From Dicyema japonicum (lineage: Eukaryota; Animalia; Dicyemida): a DNA stretch of 64,000 bases. Position 1 is the stretch's first letter, and every line of letters begins with the position of its first letter. Positions 1-12,959 of this stretch are shown piece after piece. Made by a program: the position numbers and the translations under genes. Where the stretch lies: the NCBI GenBank assembly GCA_011109175.1, contig RDEW01000013.1, positions 103,476 through 167,475 on the forward strand, in the 5' to 3' direction. A model generated the notes under the pieces. That model ran no database searches. It was not told where the DNA came from and saw only the letters and a program-made list of their open reading frames with translations.

Positions 1-2570
1 CTCCGACTCTATAAACGACTGGATACGTTTGTTTAATTTTGCTCCTTTCGCTCTTGGCTCCTTAGAGATCGCAATGGGAAGGAGTCTCTCTCGATTGAGA
101 TGAAGAACAACATCCGCGCATTTATGGATGGAACTCACTTTACGGACCTCACGTCCTTCTGCATCCGTTCAACTGAGACTCGGAGTTCAACTCGGGAAAC
201 GGAGATTCTTCGCCTAAGAAGACCGTACGATCGAAGTTGCTTGAAGGAGGAACCCGATCCGCATTGAAGGCCCTCTCACTCTCAGATGGACCACGCAATC
301 CAACCATTGATACTTACAAGACTCTATTGGGGAAACATCCACCCTCTCCGAATGACCTACGCCATTGCTCGCCCCCATCAGAAGTGACCCCTTTGACCAC
401 GTCGCCTGAGGATGTCATCACGGCGTTATGGAACTTTGCACCAAGTAGCTGTGGAGGTCTCGATGGCTTAAGGCCCGGCCATCTTAAAGACCTTATTTCA
501 CCGACTATTGGAGACCAAGCAAGTCGTCTTTCATACTCACTCACTTCTCTTATGAACAGGATATTATCTGGACATTTGCCTGATTTGATACGTCATATCT
601 TGTTTTCGGCTAGTCTGATTGCCGTCGACAAGAAGGGAGGTGGAATCCGCCCGATCGCGGTCGGATTCACTTTCAGAAGACTAGCAGCCAAGATTGCTTC
701 CAGATTTTCTACGTCAATCTTGTCAAAATCCTTACTTCCCAGTCAAGTTGGAGTCGGAGTTCGTCTTGGATGTGAGGCAGCCGTTCACTCCGTCAGAAGA
801 TTCAGGAACAGCAGCATTCAAGACTTTAAAAGGCACATTATGGTAAAACTGGACATCAAGAACGCTTTTAACAGCTTAAGAAGAGACTGCATTCTGGAGG
901 CCTGCAAGGAAAGATGTCCGTACATATTTGAACTGGTCAATTATTCATACGGAAAACCTTCATCACTATTGCACGGGGATTTCATAGTTCCATCGTCCTC
1001 AGGTGTTCAACAGGGCGACCCCCTCGGACCACTGCTGTTCTCCCTCGGCATTGAGAGGATCACGAAGCTCTCTAGATGCCCACTCAACATCTGGTACCTC
1101 GATGACGCTGTCTTAGGAGGTCCCCCGGAAACGGTCTTCCAGGACTTAGAAGTACTCATCCCCGCGCTGTCCGAGGTGGGTCTTCAGTTGAATATAACGA
1201 AATGTGAAATAACAAACTGTGGTCTTGCTGACGATGACTTCTCTTCAATTGTTCAAAAATTTTACTGCTTGTATCCCGGTGGGATTTCGACCCCTGAAAA
1301 TGAATTGATTTTTCTTTGATCCCCGATCACTAGTAATGCGATGAAGCATGTCCTCCTTGACAAAAAACGACTCCTATGCGATTCGCTGGAAAGATTACAG
1401 CTGCTGGACTTGCACACAGCACTATTCCTATTGAAAAGAAGTCTCAATCTCCTATCTACTAAGGACAGCTCCATATTATTCTCAACTGGAGCTGCTCGAG
1501 TATTTTGATTTGTCTCATCCTCAGCTCGACGGAGCAAATATTTAATGTCCGATTCGAAGATGATACATGGATGCAGGCTACACTCCCAGTTAGATTCGAA
1601 TCCGTCGAACCTTGGACGTCTCACTTCCCGCTCATTTATCATCACTCACGGCCTGCGAACCTTTGGTCAGGAGGATTCTACACTCCCCACCCGAATTCTC
1701 AACTGACCAAGAGATAATCCACGCACGAGAAGCCTGGAATGCCACCAACCTCCCCCTGCCTCCTTCCCAAGATCGCCAGCGAAACCTGGACAACTTATTA
1801 TGCTGGAAATCATTTGGACTCCTACTGGAATCTGCCAATCAGCACCGACGCGCTTGTTTGCTTTCGAGGGCTTCCCCTGAGAGCGGAGCTTGGCTAAATG
1901 CCATCCCCAATGGAGCTTTGGGCACTTTTCTGGATGATGAATGCGTTAGAACTGGTATCTCTCTGCGGCTGGGACTAAAAGTATGTGTACCTCACCCGTG
2001 CCGATGTGGCATCCTGATAGACTGCTATGGCCTACACCCTCTCGCCTGCAGGAGGAGCCCTGGCAGATCCCCAAGGCACAAGGCTCTGAATGAAATTGTC
2101 AGGCGAGCTATGGATGCTGCTGGATACTCGGCCATTCTTGAACCGGGCTATGCAGAAGTGACGGGAAACGACCGGACGGGATGACCATATTTCCATTTGA
2201 GGCCGGGAAACCACTGGTTTGGGATGTGACATGTGCAGACAGGTTCGCCCAGAAAAATCTTCACGAGAGTGCTACAAGGGCCAGTTCAGCATCCGTAAAA
2301 GTGGAGAAGGCCAAACTCGTTAAATACGTCGACCTTCCCGATGATGTCAAATTTGTTCCCCTTGCTATGGAGACTTCCGGATCCTACTCCCCTCTACACT
2401 CGAGTTTCTCGGCGTCTTGGAAACCGGATCACCTCATGCACTGGAGATCTCCGTGAACGCCGCTGGCTATTTGAGCGAATTTCGCTCGCAATTTTGAGAG
2501 GGAACAGCCACGCAGTGAGGGCGGCAACTACCTGACTTCTACTGTTTAAAAATTAATAAAAATTTCTAAA
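1..2570 (+). mobile_element. CRE-clade non-LTR retrotransposon (RT + Cys/His knuckle + restriction-like endonuclease), disrupted, 5' end outside window
   Basis: RT motifs GGIRPIAVG, KLDIKNAFNS, GVQQGDPLGPLLF, WYLDD (237-1319). GGA>TGA stop in FLGSPI at ~1318. Then SGAWLNAIP, CRCG..GLHPLAC, GKPLVWDVTC, FERISLAILRGN across shifted frames; stop at 2535, then A-rich tail. Confidence 0.92.
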
Positions 2571-2859
2571 ATTTAAAAAAAAAATTACAATTTGAATTTT
2601 TACATTGAGAAAGACGAGTATTGCGTTGGGAGGCATGTGATATAATAAAAATTTTATTTTTTCTGTATTAAAATTTGTATTAAAATTTGAATTAAAAATT
2701 GTGACCAATTTTAAAATTTGCCAATTAATAAAGAGAATATGATTTTTGCTTATAAATTTTTCAACATGTGGCCAATTTGCGAAAGTCGGCTGTAGTTGGA
2801 TAAGCAAAAAACAGTTTTAAATTTTTAATTGTCATTTAGAGGTCAATAAGTGTTGCCAC

Positions 2860-3720
2860 AGTATGTTACCATTACTTTGTTGCATGACCTTTTGCAAATG
2901 TTTCTCTTATAAACTTTTACTTTTTTTATTAATTTTTAACATTTTTTGAATTTTTGTCCAAATCTTTGCGGCAAAATATTTTCAACTCCATTAAATTCCG
3001 TGGTTTTCTGTTACTTATTTTATTTTCAAAGTTTTCCTTAGTTTTCAATTGGATTTAAGTCTGGAGATTGACTAGGACATTCCAGAACATTTATTTCATT
3101 ATTGTTTAGCCATTCGGTCGTTATCTTGGCTTTATTCTTTGGATCGTTATTATGTTGAAATGTCCAATTTCTTTTCAGCTTTGTCGACATACTTTTGGGA
3201 ATTTAATATTTCATCTATAAAAATGCTCACCCACTCCTTGCGGTGAAAAACAGAACAATAAATTATGCTGTTTCAATGTCGGTATGGTGCATAACAAATT
3301 GTAGTCTCCCAATATATGGACTTTTTTCAGCAGAGGAACAAGGCGTGTCCTCCGTCTTGAATTCTTTTTCTGCGAAATACTTTAGTTACTGTAGATACAC
3401 CGACATTTTTCCCCATGGTCGATGAACCATTCACCAAAATGCTTCGAATACTTAGCACAATTATTTTCATCCTTGAAAGAGAACGGATAGACATTTGGGT
3501 GCGCCAGATCTCTATTTATTTAAGACAGCCCCTCGTTCTTTCCAACGAGTATTATATTTCTCATTGAACTTTTTGGAATGCTGGATAGTTTTGAAATTCG
3601 TATATAACTTTTTTGTTTATATTAGTGGGACTTCACAATCATTTAGCTCAAAAATTATTCTATTCGTTTCCCCATAAAACTATTTAAAAACGGTCATTTT
3701 TTATATCAATTAATGATAGT
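2860..3720 (-). mobile_element. Decayed Tc1/mariner transposase
   Basis: Minus strand reads [25 protein letters not shown] (~3045-3110), the Tc1 SPDLNPIE signature; upstream pieces resemble the HTH and RL.F...H regions; multiple stops. Confidence 0.85.
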
Positions 3721-3799
3721 GCGTTATTGAGGACTGCCAGCCTTTTAGTGAAAAAACTAAATAATTTAAATGAATGACATTATCCTATGCACTTTTCGA

Positions 3800-4290
3800 A
3801 GTGGGCATTACCTCACTAAAATAAGTTGAAGTTAAGAAACTTCACAAATATGACTTGTCACAGTCCAACATGCGAGGCGCCGTTCATGCGAGATTCATAA
3901 TTTTAATTTTTTGTGACATGACTTGCTTGCAAATGAACTTTAACTACTCTATGAATGCCAAGTGAAGATTATTCAAGTGGTTTTGACATGGGATGGAGTT
4001 GTCTCAAGATGCTTCAAGAATCATATGGATTAATTATCTATTGAAGAATCATCGAGGACTTACACCCAATCGGTTGTTCTGAAGAGAACGCTCGAAAGTA
4101 TGCCCATTGAACATAAGCATGGGATGAAGATATACGATGAAGAGTACGCTTCTGCCGCAGACCAACTGTGGAACTAGCATATCGTGAAGACATTCGACTG
4201 AACGAAGATCTACTGACAGACTTTAATATGGAAATGGAGAAGAAAAGGAAATTAGCAGCAAACTCTTCTAAGAGAAGGAGCTAAATTAGA
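3800..4290 (+). mobile_element. R4/Dong-like (REL-type) non-LTR retrotransposon C-terminal fragment
   Basis: KYDLLANEL (after removing the 3856-3918 insert) and LTWDGVV...TYTQSVVLKRTLESM match REL-domain C-termini of R2/R4-group elements. Confidence 0.7.
3856..3918. mobile_element. 63-bp TG...CA insertion with 7-bp inverted termini and 5-bp target duplication (mini solo-LTR-like)
   Basis: TGTCACA...TGTGACA flanked by TGACT (3851-3855, 3919-3923). Removing the insert plus one copy restores AAA TAT GAC TTG CTT GCA AAT (KYDLLAN). Confidence 0.75.
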
Positions 4291-4469
4291 TATATTGATA
4301 ATCAATTTTTTGATTATGAAAATCCTGTCAATGTAAATTTTAATTTATTTTATTCAAAAGTATTTGATGGATCTTGACGAAAAAAGAAATAAGGCACAAG
4401 AGGACACTTTTTGAGTCAACTGTAAAATATTCCAAGGGAAATATGGACTGTTGAATGGCAAAACTTAAA

Positions 4470-4575
4470 ATGGTAATTTGATAAAACTGTTCTTTGAACT
4501 TCCAGTCGCCATGCGTAAGTGATGGTTATGTAATCCAAATTAAGTCGTGTCCGACCCTTGGAGATCTCATGAACA
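4470..4575 (-). mobile_element. RTE (BovB-like) 3' tail fragment
   Basis: Minus strand ...GATCTCCAAGGGTCGGACACGACTTAATTTGGATTACATAAC, homologous to 10915-10960. Confidence 0.75.
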
Positions 4576-4739
4576 AGTTTCTCCACTCTCCCCAATCCAT
4601 CGCAATTTGGAGTAGCATAGGTGTTATTTTGTCACGTAGGTGATGGACCATGTAACAAAATAAGGAAATCTTATTAACTTGTTTTGTCAACCAATTTCTT
4701 CAAAAACCTGTATTTAATGATTGCTAGTTAAGTAAACTC

Positions 4740-6420
4740 CGGCCTCACTAACTTTTAGGAAACCAGCGGATATTAAGTAGGACTCAGCAAATCTCGATCG
4801 CTCCATAGATCGGACAGTCATTGTAGTAATTTAGGACATTCGAAAAGGTGGGTTGCTGTCAATTCGGAGAGGTTATAAAGGAACAGAATGCATCTTTACA
4901 TATTCCAGTTCACGTAGGTCGGTAGAGCCCACATTGTAGATGATCCAGGTTTACCCTGATGCCCTCAGAAGAGTGGATTCCAATTAGTCAATTGGAGGAT
5001 AGGGCCGGCATAATGATTTATTATAACGAATCTTCGGATAGTTTTTGTAGAAACATAATCGTGTATTTGTTTCAAACGACTCCGGTCATTGGGGCTGTAA
5101 GGGATGGATGATAGCATTCGAGACGGGTCACTAACATAATAATATTTTTTTAGGGATTTGCATAGTGACAGGGATGATTTGGGCTGTTAGCTTGGAAGGG
5201 GAACTGCAGAGCTCTCATTTCCAAATGGTCTCCAATGGAAGGGTTTTTGATTCCCAGTAAAGATGATCGATAAGGTGGAGAACAAAATAACCTTAGGTAA
5301 CTAACCTCATTAAAAAAATTTCACTCTGGCATCAAACAATTTGATATTCGGATATCGATTTTTCCGTTCCTTCACGAAATGATTCCTATTTTACACGTTG
5401 TAATTTATAATGGATTTCCGGTTCCTAACGATAGGTGAGAGTAGTTCGATTGAAAGAAGAATTGGTCAGAAATGGAGGTCATATATAACTTTCCATGATA
5501 TCGCCGAAAATAGCGATGGAGAACATAGAAAGGTCTGGAGAAGTATTTGGATTGTCCAGCTCTGGAAGATTGTAGAGTGTTGGATTTTTTATTGAGGATG
5601 ACTAGATGTTCAAGTTGAGATAGTATCTAAACTCCCCTCTCATAGCCCTTTTGACAGGTTTCTCAAAGTGGATCTTTGGGGTTTAGGTCACCACAGATTG
5701 TGACATTTTGAATCGTGTGTAATGCAGCCAGTTTTGGGTAGTATTGTTTCATACAGGCACCACGTGGTGAAATGTATTATCTACGAATGTTTGGGAGTGC
5801 GGTTTATTTTGACAAATATGGAAGTAAGGTCAATGTGATTATCAGCTTCAATCAGAGCCTCTGTGCGAGTAGAAGTACCACAGAAGCGAATAGACTTGCG
5901 TATATGGGTCGTACACCGCCTCCCATGTTTGAATTTGGTCGTTCACGACAAACAATTGAATATTCTTTGAAATAAGAAAGAATTGATTTTCTGATTTCCC
6001 ATTTTTGTGGAGCCAGGGGTTCAGTTCAATGTCCCCAACGAGGATCAGGACTATCCAATCCGCTTTTAGGTAGCGAAAGATATGCACCATTTCAATAACC
6101 GTCATCATCCAGTCCGACTCCCCAGAGGTCGTTGAACAGGTTGACAGAAAAGTAATTCTGGTTCTTTGTGTTGCCAGCGCTATCTGAAAGGACGATCGAT
6201 TGGTTCAATTACTTTACAGAACTGTTATTATTCGGCAGGGCTTCATACAAGTTTTAACAAATACCAAGCGAACTGTAATATGTTGGTAAGGGAGGGTCTG
6301 TTCGCTACAAATGTAAGCAGTTTTCTCTACAAGCACGTGACCTACATGAAAACCATCTTTCATCTGGCCTAGGGCCACCTTTGACAAAGTGGCCAATGGG
6401 AATGCCTGATTCAAGCTACT
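4740..6420 (-). mobile_element. Deleted APE-type LINE (CR1/L2-like) with decayed 2A-like motif at ORF2 start
   Basis: LILVGDIELNP at ~6015-6050; APE-like VTICGDLNP (~5675); HLFECP near the 3' end (~4840); ORF1-like GFHVGHVLVEKTA (~6320-6355), homologous to 46895-46935. Confidence 0.65.
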
Positions 6421-6879
6421 ACTTTCCTTTTAGCTGCTGGTTTTTTCCCCTAAATAGACCAAGAGGATAAATAAAAGTTTTTGATGTGGGGGCGCTAACC
6501 TGTTCCCATTAGTATAAACAGCATCACAAAGTTATTATGACTTTTTTATGTATTTTGGCTTTGCGAATACACCACAAATTCTCATATTGAGGTTCCTTCA
6601 TCGGTTGACATTCCAAGGAATCGATACTTCCAGGATATGCTTTCTTTGCCACGCTAAGCAATGGCATTCATATCAATAGTGGCGGAGAAAATTTAGCTTT
6701 TTTAATGAGAATTTTGTGTCTCCCAAATGATTGACAGTTCAATTGGTTTCCGTAAATAAAGGCTATATTTAACAATTAATCGCTAAGATTCTTGTACTAA
6801 ACATATAGTTTCTAGCAATGAGTTTTATAAATTATTATTATTGTCCCAGGATCAACGGGTTAAAAGAATAAAGAAAGTT

Positions 6880-7180
6880 CTTAACCAACTAAGTGATCCC
6901 AGAACGACAACTTGGGACCTGGGTCCGCCGGGGACGGGTGTTCAGAATTACCCCTTCTAAAATGGCAGGGCTTCGGCTCATATCTTCTGTTCGCCTGGAA
7001 ATATGAGATGAGTAGCTCATGCAGAGGATGATCTGGTATCCTTGTTTCTCTGATCAAAATTCTTTGTTTTTGGATGAAAAGATCTTCTGTAGATATTAGG
7101 GAAATGTTGGGCCGATAATAGTTTTTGTGGCCTTTTGAATATTTGATAGTCGATGTTCTTGAAACAAAGACCAAGCCTCG
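6880..7180 (-). mobile_element. 3' end of I/Jockey-group LINE
   Basis: RT C-terminal DHPLHELL followed by terminal motif CTGGGATCACTTAGTTGG. Confidence 0.6.
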
Positions 7181-8277
7181 CTTGCATAGAGCAACGTCTG
7201 CTTTATAAAGATACCCTAAATAACAAATAAATTTAATAACCTTGATCTACAAATATTAACAGATAAATTCTGTCAAGATTAAAGTCAAGGCTAATATGAT
7301 TCATGGTTTGGCCGGATATTTTTGGGGGGTTTCTCAAAATGGCAAAGTCCCCTGACCATCCCCTCAGCAGGAGATCAAACTATATCTTGACGTCTACCCG
7401 AGATACGAGAGGAAACCTTCCCCGCTGTGGAGATTAATCCAGGACTCCAAAACTAACCGGAAGAAAGGGATGATGAGGAAACCGGGATCACTTAAATAGA
7501 CTACAAGTCTTATCATTTTTTGTTATTTCTGAGTTAATAAATTAAATTTTTTGGTTTTCTTACATCCAGTTCTATATGAAATCTTTCTAAAGTTAGTTTT
7601 ATTGTATACGACCTTTCGTAAAAAATTCCTGAAAATACAACTAATTTTTTATTCACCGATTTTATTAAGAGTTACTATCTGAATTTTTCTCAAGTGAAAC
7701 AAGTGGATTATTAACAAATTGTAAATAATTAATAAAAAGTGAAACACCCAAATAATTCAATAAAATGAGTACAAGGAATGATGATTGAAGTAATTGCTGG
7801 TAGACTCGAAAGATGAACAAAAGGCTCGACGGGACGACTCTTTGCCGTGGAAAAATTGAACATATCTTGCCAGTTGTGTTAATTTCTTTTCTTTATTAAA
7901 CTTTTTATTAAACCTCAATAGAAAGATCTCTATATGATACGCCATTATTACAATGTTAAGGAGCAAAATATACCAAATCTAGTCGAAGATTACCTTCAAA
8001 TAAAATAAACTATTTTATAATGTAAACGTAAAAGCCAAAAGTGAACACTTTCAGAGATCAGTCAGATGGATCAGGAAGGACAAGAGTGGTCATATATGAG
8101 AAGGTAAAGAGAGAGCATTTATTTTTATTTATTTAAATCGTAAAATAATTAATATTTATTATAATCAAACAACAACCATTATGGTAGTATTGTTATGTTG
8201 TTAGTAATTTAATGCTGTTAAAATTTAAATTCTGCGTATTTATCGATCTTGCACTCGAGTGTAGGCACTACAATAAC

Positions 8278-9182
8278 TTACTGAAAAAAACAGTTCTTTT
8301 CGCATAAAAATGGAAGGAACTCATTGCATGACACCATATCCCATTGTTGATTTTCGTTAAAAACTGCACAATTTTTCGAACTATCAAATTTGTATTCGCT
8401 GTGATAATTTTTATAATTCTAATAAATTTAAAATTTACTTGAAGTTCATTATTTGAATTGTACAATAAATTTCCTGAATTAATCAAATTTCTGGCGCCAA
8501 TATAGAAATTTTTAACTCCCTGAAAACGATCACCTATAAATTTATTTTCCTTTTCCGAGTTGATCGTAACCAATCTTCCACCATACTTGACACAAAAATC
8601 TTCAGCATCGGAGTAATCAATTCTCCGGTTTTTGAAAAATTTATAGCACTTTTTAGATTCCGTCGAGCAGATCTCATTCCCTTTAAGATGAAATAAACAT
8701 AAAACTTGGTGTTTCACATAAAAATGCCATTTTTGTGGAGCAATCATTGTCGTTCCACTCTCCACCAGTATGATAAAAGTGAACACAATGCTCATTCCCA
8801 CCATTGCGACTAGGTTGACCACTCCCCCAGTAGAAATATTTCTAAATTACAGTAAATATTGTACTTGTTCCTGATTGTGGCTGTCTACATAATGTCCTGA
8901 TTTTATTCTGTCGTTTACTCCAATATAAATGTATTTCTTGTATGGACGATAGAAATTGTCTCAATAAAATAACAAAAATTACCAATTAAAAATTTATTTA
9001 ATGCTCCATTATTGATGACAGCCAATGTACCCCAATGTCCTTACAATAGTTCTCAGCATCTAAATAATCCAGTTTTTCTTTAACAAGAGTATAACACTTA
9101 TCATTATAACAAATTTCATCCCCTGAAATATTTTATTTAATTTACTTGAATTTATCAAGTTTATCAATAATATTAGAAACAT
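8278..9182 (-). CDS. Secreted tandem C-type lectin (2 CTLDs), copy 1; one apparent 1-nt frameshift at C4 run 9030-9033
   Basis: Removing five micro-introns (23,23,23,25,20 nt) gives MFLILLINLINS-DEICYNDKCY..YLDAENYC..IYIGVND..YFYWGSGQPSRNGGNEHCV..WNDNDCSTKMAFLCE, then CYKFF..DAEDFC..GGRLVTINS..FYIGA..NCAV..WDMVSCNEFLPFLCEK. Confidence 0.88.
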
Positions 9183-9299
9183 TTTATTTTATTATTTTTT
9201 TGATTTTTATAATGTTTTTGTAACCAGCGTGATTATTTTTATAGATTATTGCATATGTTTATGTACCAAATTAGACATGTGTTGGATAATTAACCTTGT

Positions 9300-9700
9300 A
9301 TTACAAGTTAATGTACAAATTTTTTTTTATTGCATTATAGTTCTTCAAAAAATTATTGGGCATAAGAGAAAAGCTCTAAAAATAATAAAGAGCACTGGGG
9401 ACTGAAAGTCCCCTTGAGGTACTTCCAATTTGAAAAAATATCTTATGTAGTTTTTCCGATACTCAGCAAGTTGTGTATCATTGAGCAACATATTTGTGAT
9501 TTTTGTTTCATCAGTGTAGAGAAAACTGATTAATGCTTTTATGAGCATGCCTCTATGGATAGAGTTAGAAGCTCGAGTCATGTCGACTCCGAGAATCTCA
9601 TTTTTGTATTTTTGGCATAAGGCACCAATCTATGCGTCCGGATTACGTCTGCGGTCGATCTTCCTTACCGAATCCTTTCTCAAATAATAAAAATTTAACC
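9300..9700 (-). mobile_element. Decayed RT fragment inside duplication arm (copy at ~19980-20340, + strand)
   Basis: EVPQGDFQSPVLF resembles RT domain-4 motif GVPQGDxLSPxLF. Confidence 0.6.
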
Positions 9701-10699
9701 TTGTTTTTTATTCGGTGCAGTAAGGATAATATCGTAATAGAATAAATGGTCTCATTACATATAGGTCATTTAGGGGAATTAACCACCCACTACCAATATC
9801 TAGTTAGTGGTCTATTTCAAAAGTTTCATTTATTGTTTTTGTGATAACCTCTCCCAGTTCGATAAGCCCAAATTTAAATAACTCCGTAGGGATGTTATCT
9901 GGTCAGGGAGTCTTTTAACAGTTTAACTTCTTAATGCCATCTACTGTTTCTAAGATACCAATGGGATTATATAACGAGGTGCTTTGAGCATTCGGATTAT
10001 CCTGGATTTTATTTTCTTTTTAAATATCACGGTTCTTTGAGGTCACTGACAACCGTTCTCCCAAGTATCATTATGGATGAAATAAAATTTATAAATGCAA
10101 ACAAATTTGAACAGGATCCGTGTGATATCAATTTATATCTAAAAAAGACAAGTAAATTCCATTAAAAGATGTTAAAAATTCTAAATTAAAGAGTTTATTT
10201 TTTGCAAACTTATAGAAGAAAGAAGTCCTGGAACAACTATTTAGTAGAATGAAGAAAGATGTTAAATAAATTGCTCGAAAAAGATAGAAATTTTAATGAT
10301 TGAAATTGAAATTTATTTCCAAAGATCACATTAAAGACAAAAACAAGAAATTATGTGATCCCGGCGAATTTCAAAAGAACTCTCAGCTTGGCCCTGTGGT
10401 CTTCCCTCGATCCAACACAAGCACGCAGTGGACGAGTGATCCTCTGGTATTGTTAAGTTTTGCCTCCTTTTCTTCTTATTAGGTCTTCCAAGGGGGTAGG
10501 TGTAGAATTTAGATCGTCTTTGATCCAGTTTTATATAACGGAAACGCTTTTTTTTGGGTTGCCACAATTCTCTGGGAATTCGTCCAAGAAATTGAGGGGC
10601 CCCATGATGCACATGCATATTATATGCATGGCTCGACGTACTGGCTGTATAGTGATTTCAGAACACGATGACTTCCGATCTTCCATAATAAATTAATAA

Positions 10700-10965
10700 T
10701 AAATTAAATTGGAAATCCCCTTCAATAGGTTGATTTTCTTTTCAGATTTGTTAAAAAAGAGTTCCCACGTGGGGCGAGAAAGTCATATGGGTGTCGAATA
10801 CTACCCCCAGGATGTTCTGTTGGTGGCTATCCACGGTAGAAGACGTCAATGGAATGCCTATATCAAGGCTACTCCAAATTGTGACGGATCGGGGAGAGTG
10901 GAGAAAATTGGCTCATAAGATCTCCAAAAGTCGGACACGACTTAATTTGGATAACATAACTTGTT
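10700..10965 (+). mobile_element. RTE (BovB-like) 3' end
   Basis: LLQIVTDRGEWRKLAHKISKSRTRL and nucleotide AAAAGTCGGACACGACT resemble the BovB 3' terminus. Confidence 0.75.
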
Positions 10966-11754
10966 TCAAGGTCGTCATATGACCTGGTGTCTGACAATAT
11001 CTTTTTCACATTTCTTTGGTCAATGTTTCCGTTTTATTTTTTCTCGATCCAGTACAAGTAGTCTTATGCCTTGCTCGGTGGTCGGAGGCAGCGTTCGTTA
11101 TGAACAAATCAAAAGCTATGCAGAATTGAGTTAGCGACTCTCGGCAGTTTCTCCCATTCGCCCGGATAGACCTCTCTTAGCTCTCTCATTCTAATCATCA
11201 GCAATAAGGGATAAATATGACGAGGATAGAAAGTTGTATATTTCTATAAAGCTGGGATAAATGCGTCCAGTTCTTCAGGGTTAGAATTGACTCGAGCTCT
11301 TGTTGGTGCATATATCGATATGATGGAATTAGGAAAATTTGAAAAACATAGACTAGTTGTTTGCATGGATAACGAGTCTGAAATGCGAACTATTCTATTT
11401 TAAGTGGATGAACAAAATAATGAACGTTCATCAATCAAAGTATGATTTTTCTATTTGAAATGAGGTATTTTTAGTGAATATATTTAGATACGAGTTTTAA
11501 AGATTATGGACAAATCCATATCTAAAGTTGAGCAGATTTGAATCTTCATATGAAGAGCCAAGTAAAATTACTTAAATTTTGTCAAACAACCGAATAGAGG
11601 ATTATTTAATTATTTTATCACAGATTAAGGCAGAATCAGGAGAATTGAAAATAGTCAACATGAGTCGAGTCAAGAAAATATAGACTTAAAAAATACATTC
11701 TTTGATTTTTATTAGAAACCAATTAGTGTTGATTTGAGAGACATGTCGTAAATT

Positions 11755-11945
11755 TTTTTTTTTTTTTAAACAAAAATTTATTAACAATAAAATATTATTT
11801 ATTAACTATGGGGGAGAGCGGCTGCTGACATCACGGAGTAAGCGTTTCCGCGGATAACTGCGATACCAATTCTTTGCCTCAGCCAGACCGCTTCCCGCAC
11901 GTCTTTCTTGCGGTGGGCCGTAAATTCTTTGATTTTGATTAGAAA
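11755..11945 (-). mobile_element. CRE-like 3' fragment with poly(A) tail
   Basis: WLRQRIGIAVIRGNAYSVMSAAALP; T-run on + strand at ~11753-11766; same subfamily as 57990-58210. Confidence 0.8.
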
Positions 11946-12239
11946 TGACAAGTGACATGTGATTGACAGGTGAATGTAACCAGCAGTGGATGGGTAACCC
12001 GTGTGGGACGCGACATAATATAAAAATTGTCAGCAATTATGGTGCTTTCAATGGTCGTTTTTTGTTTCTTGGGACAACAAACGCTGATATAATGACTCCA
12101 AAGATCCGTGCAAGCTGGTGCTTTTTGTGATTTAATTTTAGTCTTCTTGAGTTGAAGCTTCAAGTGAAAATGTGGAAGACGCTGTGAATAGCGAAAAAGA
12201 CATTTGTGCTAAAGAGGTACGTAACCACCTCAACCAAAA

Positions 12240-12910
12240 AAAGCATTTATTTATTCAGAACCCCGGGAACATCGAGAAAAAGAAGAAAGAAAAAGTCAGA
12301 CAGTTAGGTAATATCAGTTCCCGCAATCAATCGAGCCATCCAACGTCTCTGGTCTCTCATTGTTCCCACCACTGTTTGAAAGAATTTCTCTCATCCCTGC
12401 AGAGGAATTCATTTTGGGAGGGGAATTTTTTAACCAATCGACTTTCTTTTGCCTTGGAAAAGACAAACCAAACGGGTTTCCATCTTTACAAACCCGAAAG
12501 AATCCGGATCAGCAACTACGGATCTTAGTTTCCGTGAGTAGGGGATTAACCATTGATCCAGTACGAGGGTCCATCATATGAATAGTTTTTCGGTATATTG
12601 AATTGAGTCTGTGGAGTGAAGTCTCTGATAAAGCGAATCTCTACACAACAGACACATACTCTACAGCCGGCGCGATAGTTTGCCGGTAGTATATTGTAAC
12701 AGAAGAATCTAAATTCAAGAGTCCTCAGGACAAGTGCGCGTACAACGTTCAACTTCTGCAAGCCTTTAGTGATGACATTCTTCACATGGAGTTGAAATTC
12801 AAAAGCCTGTCGAAAAGTAATCCAATAATTGAGGGAGACCTTGTTACTGGTATCTGGACAGGACCAATGAAAATTCTTTTGAACGACGGTCTGAGGTGAA
12901 AAGTGCACAT
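12240..12910 (-). mobile_element. I/Jockey-group LINE 3' portion ending in terminal hairpin
   Basis: RT thumb-like ITF..AFEFQLHVKNVITKGLQKLNVVRAL; perfect 7-bp inverted pair CGGGAAC/GTTCCCG at ~12264 and ~12317; homologous to 57645-57800. Confidence 0.7.
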
Positions 12911-12959
12911 ATTTATTTTTCGGCAGAATTCGTTAGTCGGCCGACAGTCAACCAATCGT

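Larger units (their letters stand above)
8110..10037. repeat. Left arm of 1.93-kb inverted segmental duplication (partner 19640-21565)
   Basis: Continuous reverse-complement match from AGAGAGCATT (8110) to GGTTCTT (10037); roughly 90% identity by eye. Confidence 0.95.

Noticed and set aside
7240-7330. PRMT-like fragment (IHGLAGYF)
   Set aside because: Only an 8-aa match between TE remnants, with no flanking exons.
8268-8822. 184-aa ORFs in the track (also 20861-21415) as real proteins
   Set aside because: They read through introns in the wrong frame for their first and last parts; the spliced model gives two canonical CTLDs.
11217-11690. Possible micro-intron gene
   Set aside because: Every splice model I tried retained in-frame stops; no recognisable domain.
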